DNA of 64,000 nucleotides. Source: Candidatus Woesearchaeota archaeon (GTDB taxonomy: Archaea > Nanobdellota > Nanobdellia > SCGC-AAA011-G17 > GW2011-AR20). The DNA lies in contig JAGVYZ010000014.1 of assembly GCA_018303025.1 (NCBI GenBank), forward strand, positions 21,145 to 85,144, given 5' to 3'. The notes beneath the pieces were generated by a model. That model had not been told where the DNA came from. It ran no database searches and worked only from the letters and a program-made list of their open reading frames with translations. Below are positions 10,377-20,035 of this stretch, one piece after another. Within the stretch, counting starts at the first letter, position 1. Every line of letters starts with the position of its first letter. Made by a program: the position numbers and the translations under genes.

Positions 10377-11350
10377 AATATTGGGAAGGAAAAAATGTTT
10401 TTGTAACAGGCGCAACTGGTTTTGTCGGAGGATGGCTGGTTAAACATCTTGTTGAAAATAAAGCTAGGGTAGTTGTTTTAACTAGAGATGAGGTTCCTAA
10501 TTCAAATTTCATGCTGGAAAATTTAAATAATAAAGTTATAATAGTAAAGGGCGATTTAACAAATCAATTGTTAATTCAGAGATTAGTAAATGAATATGAA
10601 ATTGACACTATTTTTCATCTTGCTGCTCAGGCATTAGTCACTATTGCAAACAGTAATCCTGTAAATACATTTGAGTCTAATATAAAAGGAACATGGAATA
10701 TTCTTGAAGCAGCTCGACTTAATAATCTGGTAAAAAGAGTTGTAATAGCTTCAAGCGACAAGGCTTATGGTAGTCCAAAAATATTACCTTATACAGAAGA
10801 TATGCCTTTGCAAGGAGAGCATCCTTATGATGTATCCAAATCCTGCGCTGATTTGCTTGCAAGAGCATATTATAAAACCTATGGATTGCCTGTTGCAATA
10901 ACAAGATGTTCTAATATTTATGGTGGAGGAGATATAAATTTTAACAGAATAATTCCCGGATTAATAAAAGCTGTTTTGAAAAATGAAGAATTTGTTATAA
11001 GAAGCGATGGGACTTTTGAAAGGGATTACATGTATGTTGAGGATGCTGTAAATGCTTACTTAACTTTAGCTGAAAACCTAGATAGAGACGAAATAAAGGG
11101 AGAATCATTTAATTTTGGAACAGAGACTCCAATAAATGTACTCGAGCTAATTGAAAAGATAAAGAAAATACTTAACATTCATATTGAAAAAAAAGTATTA
11201 GGACAAGCCAAAGGAGAGATAGACAAGCAATATCTTGGATGCGAGAAGGCTAGAAGAATGCTTAACTGGAAACCACATTATAATTTAAATGAGGGAATCT
11301 TGAAAACATTTGAGTGGTACAAAAAGTACGAGAACAAGGTTATCAATTAG
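10373..11350 (+). CDS. NDP-sugar 4,6-dehydratase (CDP-glucose/GDP-mannose type SDR)
   Basis: TGATGFVG, ASSDKAY, YDVSK; start 10373 gives an ATGA overlap with the upstream stop. Confidence 0.88.
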   Translation: MKYWEGKNVFVTGATGFVGGWLVKHLVENKARVVVLTRDEVPNSNFMLENLNNKVIIVKGDLTNQLLIQRLVNEYEIDTIFHLAAQALVTIANSNPVNTFESNIKGTWNILEAARLNNLVKRVVIASSDKAYGSPKILPYTEDMPLQGEHPYDVSKSCADLLARAYYKTYGLPVAITRCSNIYGGGDINFNRIIPGLIKAVLKNEEFVIRSDGTFERDYMYVEDAVNAYLTLAENLDRDEIKGESFNFGTETPINVLELIEKIKKILNIHIEKKVLGQAKGEIDKQYLGCEKARRMLNWKPHYNLNEGILKTFEWYKKYENKVIN

Positions 11351-12536
11351 AAATGGAATTATAAATTTCCATTAATTTTTTATAATGTTTTTTTGAATCA
11401 GCCTGCTTAACCAAATTCAAGCTGTTTTTTGAAAAATTTAACCATAACTTTTTATTATTTGCTATTTTTTCAATTGATTTATTTAATTCTTCAGGATTTG
11501 CTACTTCTACTAAAAAACCATTTTTATTATTTATGACGAAATCAGTTATTCCACCGCGATTTGTTCCAATAACAGGCAAACCATGACTTAATGCTTCTAT
11601 AATAACAAAAGGTGAATTTTCCATCCAAACACTGGGAACAACAAATATTTTTGCTTTTGAAAATTCTTTTAAAACTTCATTATGAGGAATTCTTCCTGTA
11701 AACTCCACTGAATCTTTTAATAATAAATTTCTTACAATATCTAGGAGATTATTCATTTCAGAACCATCTCCAATTATTTTTAATTTAAATTTCGGATTTT
11801 GTTTATGAAAAATATTAAATGCTTCTATTAAATATTTAACACCTTTATTTTCTGATAAAGAACCAACATAAAGGATGGTATTTTCTCTTTTATTAAAAGA
11901 ATTCGTTTTTGATTTAGAATCTATAAAACTAGGATTCCAAAAAATATTTAAAAATCCATGTTCTTCCAAATCTTTTTTAAGAGAATTACTTGGAGAAATA
12001 TAAGCCTTAAATATTCTTTTGTTAAAATAACTTCTTAGTTTATTTCTAAAAAAAGAAATTAACCAATGATTAAAACTAATACAACCATTGTACAAACAAA
12101 CAATCCCAATACCATTAACACAAGTACATTTTTTATAATAATTCTTTTTTAGAACTCCCCAGCCATTTGCACAAATAACACCCCAATCATGGACAGTAAA
12201 TATTGCCGGAATTTTTGAATTTTTTATGGCTAATAAAACCGATAATGAATATTGATTATTATTATGTAGATGAATTACATCAGGATTAAACTCTTTTATT
12301 TTTTTCTTAAATTTATTATAAATTTCAAAACTGAAAAAAAATCTTCTAAAATTTAGCATATATTTGTTTTTAGAATGAATTATTAATGTTAAGTCCGTAC
12401 TCTCTAATTGTTTATCAGAAAAGGCAATTATATGTACTTTATGTTTATTTTTTTCTAGAATTTTCTTAATTTCTAAGATATAAGTTTCAGTACCACCCCA
12501 TTCACGATACATATCATTAATTATTAATATTTTCAT
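11343..12536 (-). CDS. Glycosyltransferase family 4 with a Cys-rich insert
   Basis: GGTE, YVGSLSENKG, ENSPFVIIEA; HDWGVIC...CTC...C...C insert. Confidence 0.9.
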   Translation of the reverse strand: MKILIINDMYREWGGTETYILEIKKILEKNKHKVHIIAFSDKQLESTDLTLIIHSKNKYMLNFRRFFFSFEIYNKFKKKIKEFNPDVIHLHNNNQYSLSVLLAIKNSKIPAIFTVHDWGVICANGWGVLKKNYYKKCTCVNGIGIVCLYNGCISFNHWLISFFRNKLRSYFNKRIFKAYISPSNSLKKDLEEHGFLNIFWNPSFIDSKSKTNSFNKRENTILYVGSLSENKGVKYLIEAFNIFHKQNPKFKLKIIGDGSEMNNLLDIVRNLLLKDSVEFTGRIPHNEVLKEFSKAKIFVVPSVWMENSPFVIIEALSHGLPVIGTNRGGITDFVINNKNGFLVEVANPEELNKSIEKIANNKKLWLNFSKNSLNLVKQADSKKHYKKLMEIYNSISN

Positions 12537-14170
12537 TTTGTTTTATAAATTTTGATTGAATCTCCTTCTTTTATTTTTGATAAATTTAAGTTTTTAGTAC
12601 TGATAACATAATCATAATTTTGATAATTGCTTATGTTATCTTCTTTTACACTGCCCCTTATCCAATAAGCGATTATAGTAATTGGACGATCTTTTGGTTT
12701 AGAAGGATCTTCTGAGATTGTTGCAGTATAATTTTTTTTATCGTCAATATCAATTAGGTAATTTGCATCTTTTTTTAAGTTTTCATTTATCCAAAAACCT
12801 AATTGAACCTGTTCTAGATTAAGCCATCTGTATTGTGAATCATAAACTATAACTGCAGAACTTAACAAGCTTAATGAAAAAAAATAAATCAGGAAAAATG
12901 AGGTTAAATATTTGAAATTTAATTTTTTGATTAGAATTAAAGACAAACTTAAGATTATAATGACTAAAGTAATAATTATTGTCGAATGAACTGTAAATAT
13001 TTCAAGTATATATTTTAATATCCCTATACTAATCCATGAGCTATTATTAGCTGGGAAAAAGAGATTGTAGATAATAAAAGGTGTTGTTATTGCTAAAAAA
13101 GATGAAACAGCTAAAACCAATTTTTTAGGGAAAGATTGATATTTTTCCAAAGCAATAAATCCTAAAATAATAAAAAGTGGAAATAAAACAGAAATATACC
13201 TTCCTAAGATTCTATAATCATTATAATGTTCAAAAGCTCCACTATGATTTGCAGCAATTAATATTACAAAAATTGTTGATAAAAATGTAAGATCTAAAAA
13301 TAATCTTTCTTTTTGATTTAAATATTTATATTTAAAAAGAAGATAAACAGACAAAATAAAGAAGATTATTCCTAATGAGATTATTAAATAATCAATATAA
13401 AAGAATGTCCAGATGATTTTGTTTAGTAAAAAAAATGGACCTGATATTTTGTTAATTGAATTGGTATAGCCAAAAATTCCTATTAAGGAAAATCCGTTTA
13501 AAATTATTTTCGTGATTATCCAAGGCAATAAAGTGGCTAAAAGAGCTAATAATAAAAGCAATTTATTTCTTAAGAATAACATTTTTTTATTTTCTCTAAA
13601 TAAATAAATCAAAATCAAGAAAAATATTACTGGAAGGAGAAAAATTGAGATTATTCTTGTTAAAATACACAAACCTATGAAAATTCCAGAAAGAATTTCC
13701 CATTTAATCTTTTTTTCAGTAAATGATTTTAGCAAAAAATAAACTGTGAAAAGAAAGAGTGTAAAAATTATATTTTCACTAAAAGCATAAAAACTAAAAA
13801 TAAAAGCATCCGGAATAATAGAAATAATTAGAGAAATCATAATACTCTTTTTTTCATTAAAAAATTCTTTAGAGATTAAATATGCAGGTATGATTACTAA
13901 AGAAGATAAAATAATTCCTATTAATTTAATGAAAAAAAAGACTAGGTTCATATCACTAAAGATAAATGCAGGGGAAATTAACATTGGGTAAAATGGAGGG
14001 TAAGTTCCACTAGTTGCTATTGAAGCCAAACTGGGATTATCAAAAAATGACTTTGCTTCTTCAAAATAATAAAAGGAATCTGCAAAACCTAAAGGAACCT
14101 GTATAAAAAATGATATTCCTAATTTTAGTAAAATAAGAAATACAACTAAAAAAATTAGGTTTTTTTTCAT
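12533..14170 (-). CDS. GT-C fold (PMT/ArnT-like) membrane glycosyltransferase
   Basis: Acidic residue after TM1 (FADS), YPPFYP, SEN, RY motifs and multiple TMs. Confidence 0.75.
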   Translation of the reverse strand: MKKNLIFLVVFLILLKLGISFFIQVPLGFADSFYYFEEAKSFFDNPSLASIATSGTYPPFYPMLISPAFIFSDMNLVFFFIKLIGIILSSLVIIPAYLISKEFFNEKKSIMISLIISIIPDAFIFSFYAFSENIIFTLFLFTVYFLLKSFTEKKIKWEILSGIFIGLCILTRIISIFLLPVIFFLILIYLFRENKKMLFLRNKLLLLLALLATLLPWIITKIILNGFSLIGIFGYTNSINKISGPFFLLNKIIWTFFYIDYLIISLGIIFFILSVYLLFKYKYLNQKERLFLDLTFLSTIFVILIAANHSGAFEHYNDYRILGRYISVLFPLFIILGFIALEKYQSFPKKLVLAVSSFLAITTPFIIYNLFFPANNSSWISIGILKYILEIFTVHSTIIITLVIIILSLSLILIKKLNFKYLTSFFLIYFFSLSLLSSAVIVYDSQYRWLNLEQVQLGFWINENLKKDANYLIDIDDKKNYTATISEDPSKPKDRPITIIAYWIRGSVKEDNISNYQNYDYVISTKNLNLSKIKEGDSIKIYKTK

Positions 14171-14200
14171 AATAGCATTAATTTCAAAACAGTTTTAACC

Positions 14201-14938
14201 TTAGTATTCTCTTAAGATTCTGATCTTTAACTTTATCAATTTTACCAAATAGTCTATACTAGATTCAAAGACTTTTGCTTTTGATTTTCTTTCTTCAAAC
14301 TCTCTTTTGTAAAATATGCTTGGAATCTCTTTCATCTTTAATCCTTCTTTATATGAAATAATGCATATCTCAGTATCCCAAAACCAATGATTGTCTTTTA
14401 TCTTGTCTAAGATTGGAAGAATTTTGTCTTTTTTAAAAAACTTACAACCAGCAGCTGTATCATAAACAGGATTCCAAAAAAATAGTTTAGTTAAAAACAT
14501 GAAAGATATGCTAGGAATTACCCTGAAACAGTAACCTATACCTTTTTTAAAATAATATCTCCTTATGGTAACAAAATCATATCCTTTAAAAATTTCATCT
14601 ATTAATTTGGGTATATCTTCTGGTGATGTTTGCAAGTCTGCATCGATAAAACCAACAACCTGGCCTTTAGAAGCTTTTATTCCTTTTTCTACACCTTTTC
14701 CTCTTCCTAATCTTTTGTCAGAATGCAAATGAATTACATTTTTGTATTTTTTAGACAGTTTATCTGCTATCTTATCTGTACCATCTGTGCTTCCATCTTC
14801 TGAGATAATTATTTCATAAGAATATTTTGTTTTATCCATAACTTTTTTTATTTGGTTTACACTATCTTCAAGAATTTCAGCTTCATTTAAGCAAGGCAAG
14901 ATTATGCTTACTTCCGGATTATAGACTTCAGATTTCAT
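14201..14938 (-). CDS. GT2, dolichyl-phosphate glycosyltransferase-like (AglD/DPM type)
   Basis: PCLNE, EDGSTD, GRGKG, FIDADL, DTAAGCK, WFWDTE. Confidence 0.88.
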   Translation of the reverse strand: MKSEVYNPEVSIILPCLNEAEILEDSVNQIKKVMDKTKYSYEIIISEDGSTDGTDKIADKLSKKYKNVIHLHSDKRLGRGKGVEKGIKASKGQVVGFIDADLQTSPEDIPKLIDEIFKGYDFVTIRRYYFKKGIGYCFRVIPSISFMFLTKLFFWNPVYDTAAGCKFFKKDKILPILDKIKDNHWFWDTEICIISYKEGLKMKEIPSIFYKREFEERKSKAKVFESSIDYLVKLIKLKIRILREY

Positions 14939-14941
14939 GAT

Positions 14942-15916
14942 TTAGACAAAACCTTTTTTCAAAAGATATTTAACCCTAATAAATTTTTCATCTCTGGGAT
15001 TAGAAAATTCCTTTGATTCAATTGCTTCTTTTATTTCTTTTACACCATGGATTATATCTTTTTTTTCTTCAATTTTGAAATAATTGCTAAATTTATCAAA
15101 ATTTACTGCATAAGACCTAGAATCTACATTGCCTGGAAATTCTTTGATATTTATAAGAGGAAACAAACTGTTTTTTATTTTTGAAGTTAAATCTCCGATA
15201 GTATGATTGTCTTCATTAAATCCGAGATTGAAAACCTCTCCATTAAAATTTTCTTTATTTTCAACTGCTAAAACCAATGCTTTTGCTGCATCATTTACAT
15301 GCAATAAGGGCCTTAACTGCATCCCTGTTCCAAACAATTTTATTTCTTTGTCAATCACTGCTTCAACTGGAATAACATTTGCCACTAAATCAAATCGCAT
15401 ATTCTTTGAGTAACCATACAATGTTGCTGAACGGAACAAGCAAACATCAAAATTTTCATCTGCTAATTTTTTTAGGAAAATTTCTGCTGCAACTTTGGTA
15501 TGAGCATAGATAGTTAATGGCTCTAGTTTTGCGTTTTCATTTAAACCATTAATTCCCTGCCCGCCATAAACAGAACAAGAAGACATGAAGATTAATCGTT
15601 TTACACCTGCTTCTTTAGATAAATTTGCTACATTTTTAGTTCCATTGTAATTTATTTCAATTGCCAAATCAGAAGTTAGATTGCAAATTGGGTCATTTGA
15701 CAAAGCAGCCAAGTGAATTATTGAATCCATTCCTAAAACTGCTTTTTTTACATCATCTAGGTTTCTTACGTCTCCTTTTATGAAATCTAAATCATCTCTT
15801 ATATGAAAATCATAAAGATTTAAGTCCAAAATTTTAACATTATGACCTTTTGATAAGAGTTCATTGACTACATGCCACCCTAAGTACCCATTTCCACCTG
15901 TTACTAAGACTTTCAT
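14942..15916 (-). CDS. NAD-dependent epimerase/dehydratase
   Basis: TGGNGYLG, SSCSVYG, YAHTK, MRFDL. Confidence 0.9.
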   Translation of the reverse strand: MKVLVTGGNGYLGWHVVNELLSKGHNVKILDLNLYDFHIRDDLDFIKGDVRNLDDVKKAVLGMDSIIHLAALSNDPICNLTSDLAIEINYNGTKNVANLSKEAGVKRLIFMSSCSVYGGQGINGLNENAKLEPLTIYAHTKVAAEIFLKKLADENFDVCLFRSATLYGYSKNMRFDLVANVIPVEAVIDKEIKLFGTGMQLRPLLHVNDAAKALVLAVENKENFNGEVFNLGFNEDNHTIGDLTSKIKNSLFPLINIKEFPGNVDSRSYAVNFDKFSNYFKIEEKKDIIHGVKEIKEAIESKEFSNPRDEKFIRVKYLLKKGFV

Positions 15917-16016
15917 TTGAATAAAAAGTTGAATAATTTTATAAAACTATTCAATTTTTGCTTATTTTAATTTACAAAAACATTTTTTAAAATTTATTCT
16001 TTTATTTTGCCAGTTA

Positions 16017-17051
16017 TTATCTGCTAACTGATAAGCCCAATTCATTCAAGACATAATCTGCCTGTTTAACCATTGCTTTTGCATGTTCTACTGGGCCAAA
16101 ATTTGTTCTTGTTTCAAAAGTTACAACTTTTAGTTCTGGAGTACTGTTAATAACTTTCTTGGCAATATCCAATAATCTTTCAGCTAATATATCTCCCTTA
16201 GCAAATAAGCGATGAGAATCTATATAACCAGATTTATCATCTCCAAAAGGTACAGCAAGATGCATCTGATATGTTCTTCCTTTACTTACATTCATTATAG
16301 CATCAATGTAATTCTCAATTTTATTATATCTTGCTTCAGTTGTTTTAGCATCTGCAGATATAAAAATATGAGCAACATCAAATAAAAATCCGGGGGGAAT
16401 ACTGGATTGCCCGGCGGCCAAATTTAAAACCCCATTAACAAAATCCGGCTCTGAAATAAACATATAACCAATATTTATGCCGTGATTTTTAATAACTTTT
16501 TCGATATATTCTCTTTGTTTAAGTGCTTCTTCTTTTTGAGAAGACCAGTCGATTGAGGTTTGCCTTGAATAATCAACTGATTCAAGAACTAATTGTTTTC
16601 TTTGAAATTCTGGACCTGAATTTATCCTCTGTTCTAAACCAGATAGATTTCCAGCTATTCTTTGTAGTAATAAATTTCTGTCTACAATTAGGGTTCCAGG
16701 AAAAGGAATACATGGGCAACCAGCCATATTTATTACTTTTTCAGCTGAAAAGCCACAATGGAAACCAACTGTTGGAGCGTCCGATTTTCTCGCAACTTCA
16801 ATAATTCTTTCACCCTGTTTTGTTGAAAAAATGTCTAAAAAATTAGGGTCACCTAAATTAAGAGTTGAGTCTAATCCGGGATTATGGGAAGAAACTTTTA
16901 ATCCTGCTTCCTGTATGCCTTCAATGTCCTGATTTATAACTGGAAGCTCTATACCTGAAATTATATTTGAACTTTTTAGGATAGCTAAGGCTTTTTTTAT
17001 TTCAAAATCTTTAGTTATATCATATTTGAATGAAACATATAATTGTACCAT
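16017..17051 (-). CDS. DUF692/MNIO-like multinuclear metal TIM-barrel protein
   Basis: Ordered ligand motifs SSH, GFHCG, LVLE, SEPDF, FLFDVAH, QMHLA, YIDSH, VTFE. Confidence 0.65.
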   Translation of the reverse strand: MVQLYVSFKYDITKDFEIKKALAILKSSNIISGIELPVINQDIEGIQEAGLKVSSHNPGLDSTLNLGDPNFLDIFSTKQGERIIEVARKSDAPTVGFHCGFSAEKVINMAGCPCIPFPGTLIVDRNLLLQRIAGNLSGLEQRINSGPEFQRKQLVLESVDYSRQTSIDWSSQKEEALKQREYIEKVIKNHGINIGYMFISEPDFVNGVLNLAAGQSSIPPGFLFDVAHIFISADAKTTEARYNKIENYIDAIMNVSKGRTYQMHLAVPFGDDKSGYIDSHRLFAKGDILAERLLDIAKKVINSTPELKVVTFETRTNFGPVEHAKAMVKQADYVLNELGLSVSR

Positions 17052-17217
17052 ATTGCTTAATAATTTTATCGTTTATAAATTTGTCTCTTTTATGTAACAA
17101 CTAATTATCAAACAATGCAGTCAAACATATTTTTATTTAAAATATAATCTAAAAGAAGATTTAATGGGGGGGGAAGTAAAACAAAGAATTTAAAAATCAG
17201 CATTTGAGATTCTTTTT

Positions 17218-18513
17218 ATGAAAGTCTTGTTTGTTTACACTAATGTAGAAAAGTCGATTCAAGAACCTTTAGGCTTGGCTTATTTATCTGGGATGCTAAA
17301 ACATCATGGAATTGAAACTTTTTTATGGGACAATACTTTTGAGACAAAAGAGGACTTAAAGTTAAAATTAGAAGAGATAAATCCTGATTTTGTGGCTTTT
17401 TCATGCTTGTCTTCTGATTATGATTATATGTCTGAACTAGCACAATTTGTCAAAAGCATAAAAAATGTACCTATAATTGTTGGAGGACATCATGTTACAT
17501 TTAAACCAGAAGATGTTATAGCAAATCCATTTATTGATGTTATAATAAGAGGAGAAGGAGAGGAAACTCTTTTAGATTATGTTCAAAACCAAGATGTAAA
17601 AACATTAGGTACTTGGGTTAAAAGAGATAATGTTGTTTATATGAACCCAATGAGACAACTGCCTGATGTAAACAAGCTTCCTTGGCCAGACCATTCTATG
17701 TTTGAAAAACATTTTGAGAAAAAAGTAGTTTGGGTTAAAGATGCGCCTGTTGAAAAGTACGGAATATTCATAACTAGCAGAGGATGTCCTTTCAATTGTT
17801 TTTACTGCAGCAATAAAAGAATGCAGGATTTATATCATGGACAAAAGTTTACCAGATATAGAGATATACAAGATGTTATGAATGAACTTAAGTTTTTTAT
17901 TAAAAAATATAATTTTTCACATGTATATTTCCAAGATGAAACTTTAACAACAAATAAAGAAAGAATTTACGAATTTTGCGAGATTTACAAAAAAGAAATA
18001 GGGTTGCCATGGCATGCAGAAGCTAGAGTAGATACTGTTGATTATGATTTATTAAAAACAATGGCTGATGCTGGATGTGAGGTTTTAATGATGGGTATTG
18101 AAAGCGGAAGCGAAAGAATAAGAAAAGAACTTTTAGGAAGACATATGAGTGATGAAATGATAATAAATGCATTTCAGGATGCAAGAAAAGTAGGCATAAA
18201 AGCTTCTTCATTTAATATTTGCGGGATACCTACTGAAACTAAAGAAGATATTCTTAAGACTATTGAATTAAACAAAAAATGTAATCCGGCTATGGGAAAA
18301 ATGACTATCTTTAATGTTTTACCAGGAACTCCATTAGAAGATTATTGCAATAAAAATGGATATTATATTAGAAGGAAATTTCCAACAAATTATTATGTTG
18401 ATTCAAATATTAAGCATGAGACATTTACATTAAAAGAATTAATGGAATTTAGAAAAATGTTTGTTGAAGCAATGGGTGGTTATTCTGGCGCTACAAAAGA
18501 AGGAGAATTTTAG
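17218..18513 (+). CDS. B12-binding domain radical SAM protein
   Basis: PLGLAY, VGGHHVT, GEGE, SRGCPFNCFYC, GIESGS, PGT. Confidence 0.9.
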   Translation: MKVLFVYTNVEKSIQEPLGLAYLSGMLKHHGIETFLWDNTFETKEDLKLKLEEINPDFVAFSCLSSDYDYMSELAQFVKSIKNVPIIVGGHHVTFKPEDVIANPFIDVIIRGEGEETLLDYVQNQDVKTLGTWVKRDNVVYMNPMRQLPDVNKLPWPDHSMFEKHFEKKVVWVKDAPVEKYGIFITSRGCPFNCFYCSNKRMQDLYHGQKFTRYRDIQDVMNELKFFIKKYNFSHVYFQDETLTTNKERIYEFCEIYKKEIGLPWHAEARVDTVDYDLLKTMADAGCEVLMMGIESGSERIRKELLGRHMSDEMIINAFQDARKVGIKASSFNICGIPTETKEDILKTIELNKKCNPAMGKMTIFNVLPGTPLEDYCNKNGYYIRRKFPTNYYVDSNIKHETFTLKELMEFRKMFVEAMGGYSGATKEGEF

Positions 18514-18514
18514 T

Positions 18515-19237
18515 TTACATAAACAAAACTCTTACTCTTAATCCAATTGTTTTAAAAAAATATTCAATAATTGTTTTTAACAAAATAAATCTTTTTTTCC
18601 TTTTTTGAAATATTTTACGAAAGAATTTTACTGGAATCTCCTTCATTTTTAATCCTTCTTTATTAGCTAAGACCAAAAGTTCAGTGTCCCAAAACCAATG
18701 ATGGTCATTTATTTTATCTAAAATAGGAAGAATTTTGGTTTTATTGAAAAATTTGCAGTTGGAAAGAACATCTGAAACATGCAGATTAAACAGGATTTTA
18801 ATAAAATACCTGTAAGAAATACTCAAAAAATAATTAATGTAATACCTGAAGTCTAAGTCATATTTTGAGGTTGTTCTTGATGCATTTACGATATCATATC
18901 CCTTGTTTATTTCTTCTATTAGTATTAATATTTGATAAAAAGGAATCTGCAAATCAGGGTCAATAAATCCAACAATACAGGCTTTTGCTTTTTTTATTCC
19001 ATTAGATAATGCCTTTCCTCTTCCTAATCTTTTATCAGAATGCAGATGGATTACATTTTCATATTTCTTTGATAACTTATCTGCTATCTTATCTGTACCA
19101 TCTGTGCTTCCATCTTCTGAAATAATTATTTCGTACTTGTAATTTGTTTTATTCATTACTAACTGTATTTGATGTATACCTCCTTCTAATAAATCTGATT
19201 TATTCATGCAGGGAAGAATAATGCTAACATCCATCAT
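18515..19237 (-). CDS. GT2, diverged paralog of 14201-14938
   Basis: Shares SEDGSTDGTDKIADKLSKKY and WFWDTE with the paralog; DxD reads DPD. Confidence 0.85.
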   Translation of the reverse strand: MMDVSIILPCMNKSDLLEGGIHQIQLVMNKTNYKYEIIISEDGSTDGTDKIADKLSKKYENVIHLHSDKRLGRGKALSNGIKKAKACIVGFIDPDLQIPFYQILILIEEINKGYDIVNASRTTSKYDLDFRYYINYFLSISYRYFIKILFNLHVSDVLSNCKFFNKTKILPILDKINDHHWFWDTELLVLANKEGLKMKEIPVKFFRKIFQKRKKRFILLKTIIEYFFKTIGLRVRVLFM

Positions 19238-19983
19238 CCTGATTTATATACCTCTTTTGCCATTCTAAGTGTTTCTGGTGTGCCAATATCAAACCAGATT
19301 CCATGAAAAATGAAACCCTTAACATTTACTTTTTTTTGTTTTAACAGCCATTCAATTAAATAACCGGGTCTGTCTGGATTATTGCCTTTTTCAACATAAT
19401 CTTTTATTAGATTCAAATGTTCTTTAGGAAATAAATAAAGTCCTGTTGATGCTAATGTTGTTTCTGGTTCCTTTGGTTTTTCTGTAAATTTTATAAGATT
19501 GTTATTCTTGTCTAAAGTTAATATACCAAAATTCTTTGCAAGATTTTTATTATTGAGATTAATAACACCTATTTGTATTGCTCTTTCATTTTCCAAGGTA
19601 TTAACATAATTTAACAAACTAAATTCAAAAATATTATCGCCCAATATTAAAAATAAATCATCTTTTATTTCTTTTAGTTTTATTGCATTGTATATTGCAC
19701 CGATACTTCCTAGTTTTTGCTTTTCATTTGAACTTTGTTCTATAATTAAAGTTACTTTTTTATGATAAAATGTCTCTATTTCTTTCAACCATTTTTCAAA
19801 ATGAGTTTTAAATTTAGAATTCGTTGCAACATAGATTTCATCAATGTCTTCTATATTTGAAATTCTGTCCAGAATATGGCCTAATATTGGTTTTCCGCCT
19901 ACTTTTAACAATGGCTTTGGAAAATTCTTTGTTATTGGCCACAATCTTGTTGCAAATCCTCCTGCTAAAATAAGTGCTTTCAT
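19234..19983 (-). CDS. Sugar-phosphate nucleotidyltransferase
   Basis: LAGGFATRL, PKPLL, LGDN, EKP, WFDIGT. Confidence 0.9.
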   Translation of the reverse strand: MKALILAGGFATRLWPITKNFPKPLLKVGGKPILGHILDRISNIEDIDEIYVATNSKFKTHFEKWLKEIETFYHKKVTLIIEQSSNEKQKLGSIGAIYNAIKLKEIKDDLFLILGDNIFEFSLLNYVNTLENERAIQIGVINLNNKNLAKNFGILTLDKNNNLIKFTEKPKEPETTLASTGLYLFPKEHLNLIKDYVEKGNNPDRPGYLIEWLLKQKKVNVKGFIFHGIWFDIGTPETLRMAKEVYKSG

Positions 19984-20035
19984 AATTAAAAAGCCAAATA
20001 AAAATCTATATAAAGATTGTTAATTTTCTAAAATT

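Noticed and set aside
11343-12536. Cys cluster in GT4 as a novel metal site
   Set aside because: The HD-x4-C...C...C insert is a recurring feature of one GT4 subgroup and is not distinctive.
17052-17217. RiPP precursor for the MNIO-like or radical SAM enzymes
   Set aside because: Only MQSNIFLFKI and MGGEVKQRI micro-ORFs, without Cys or leader features.
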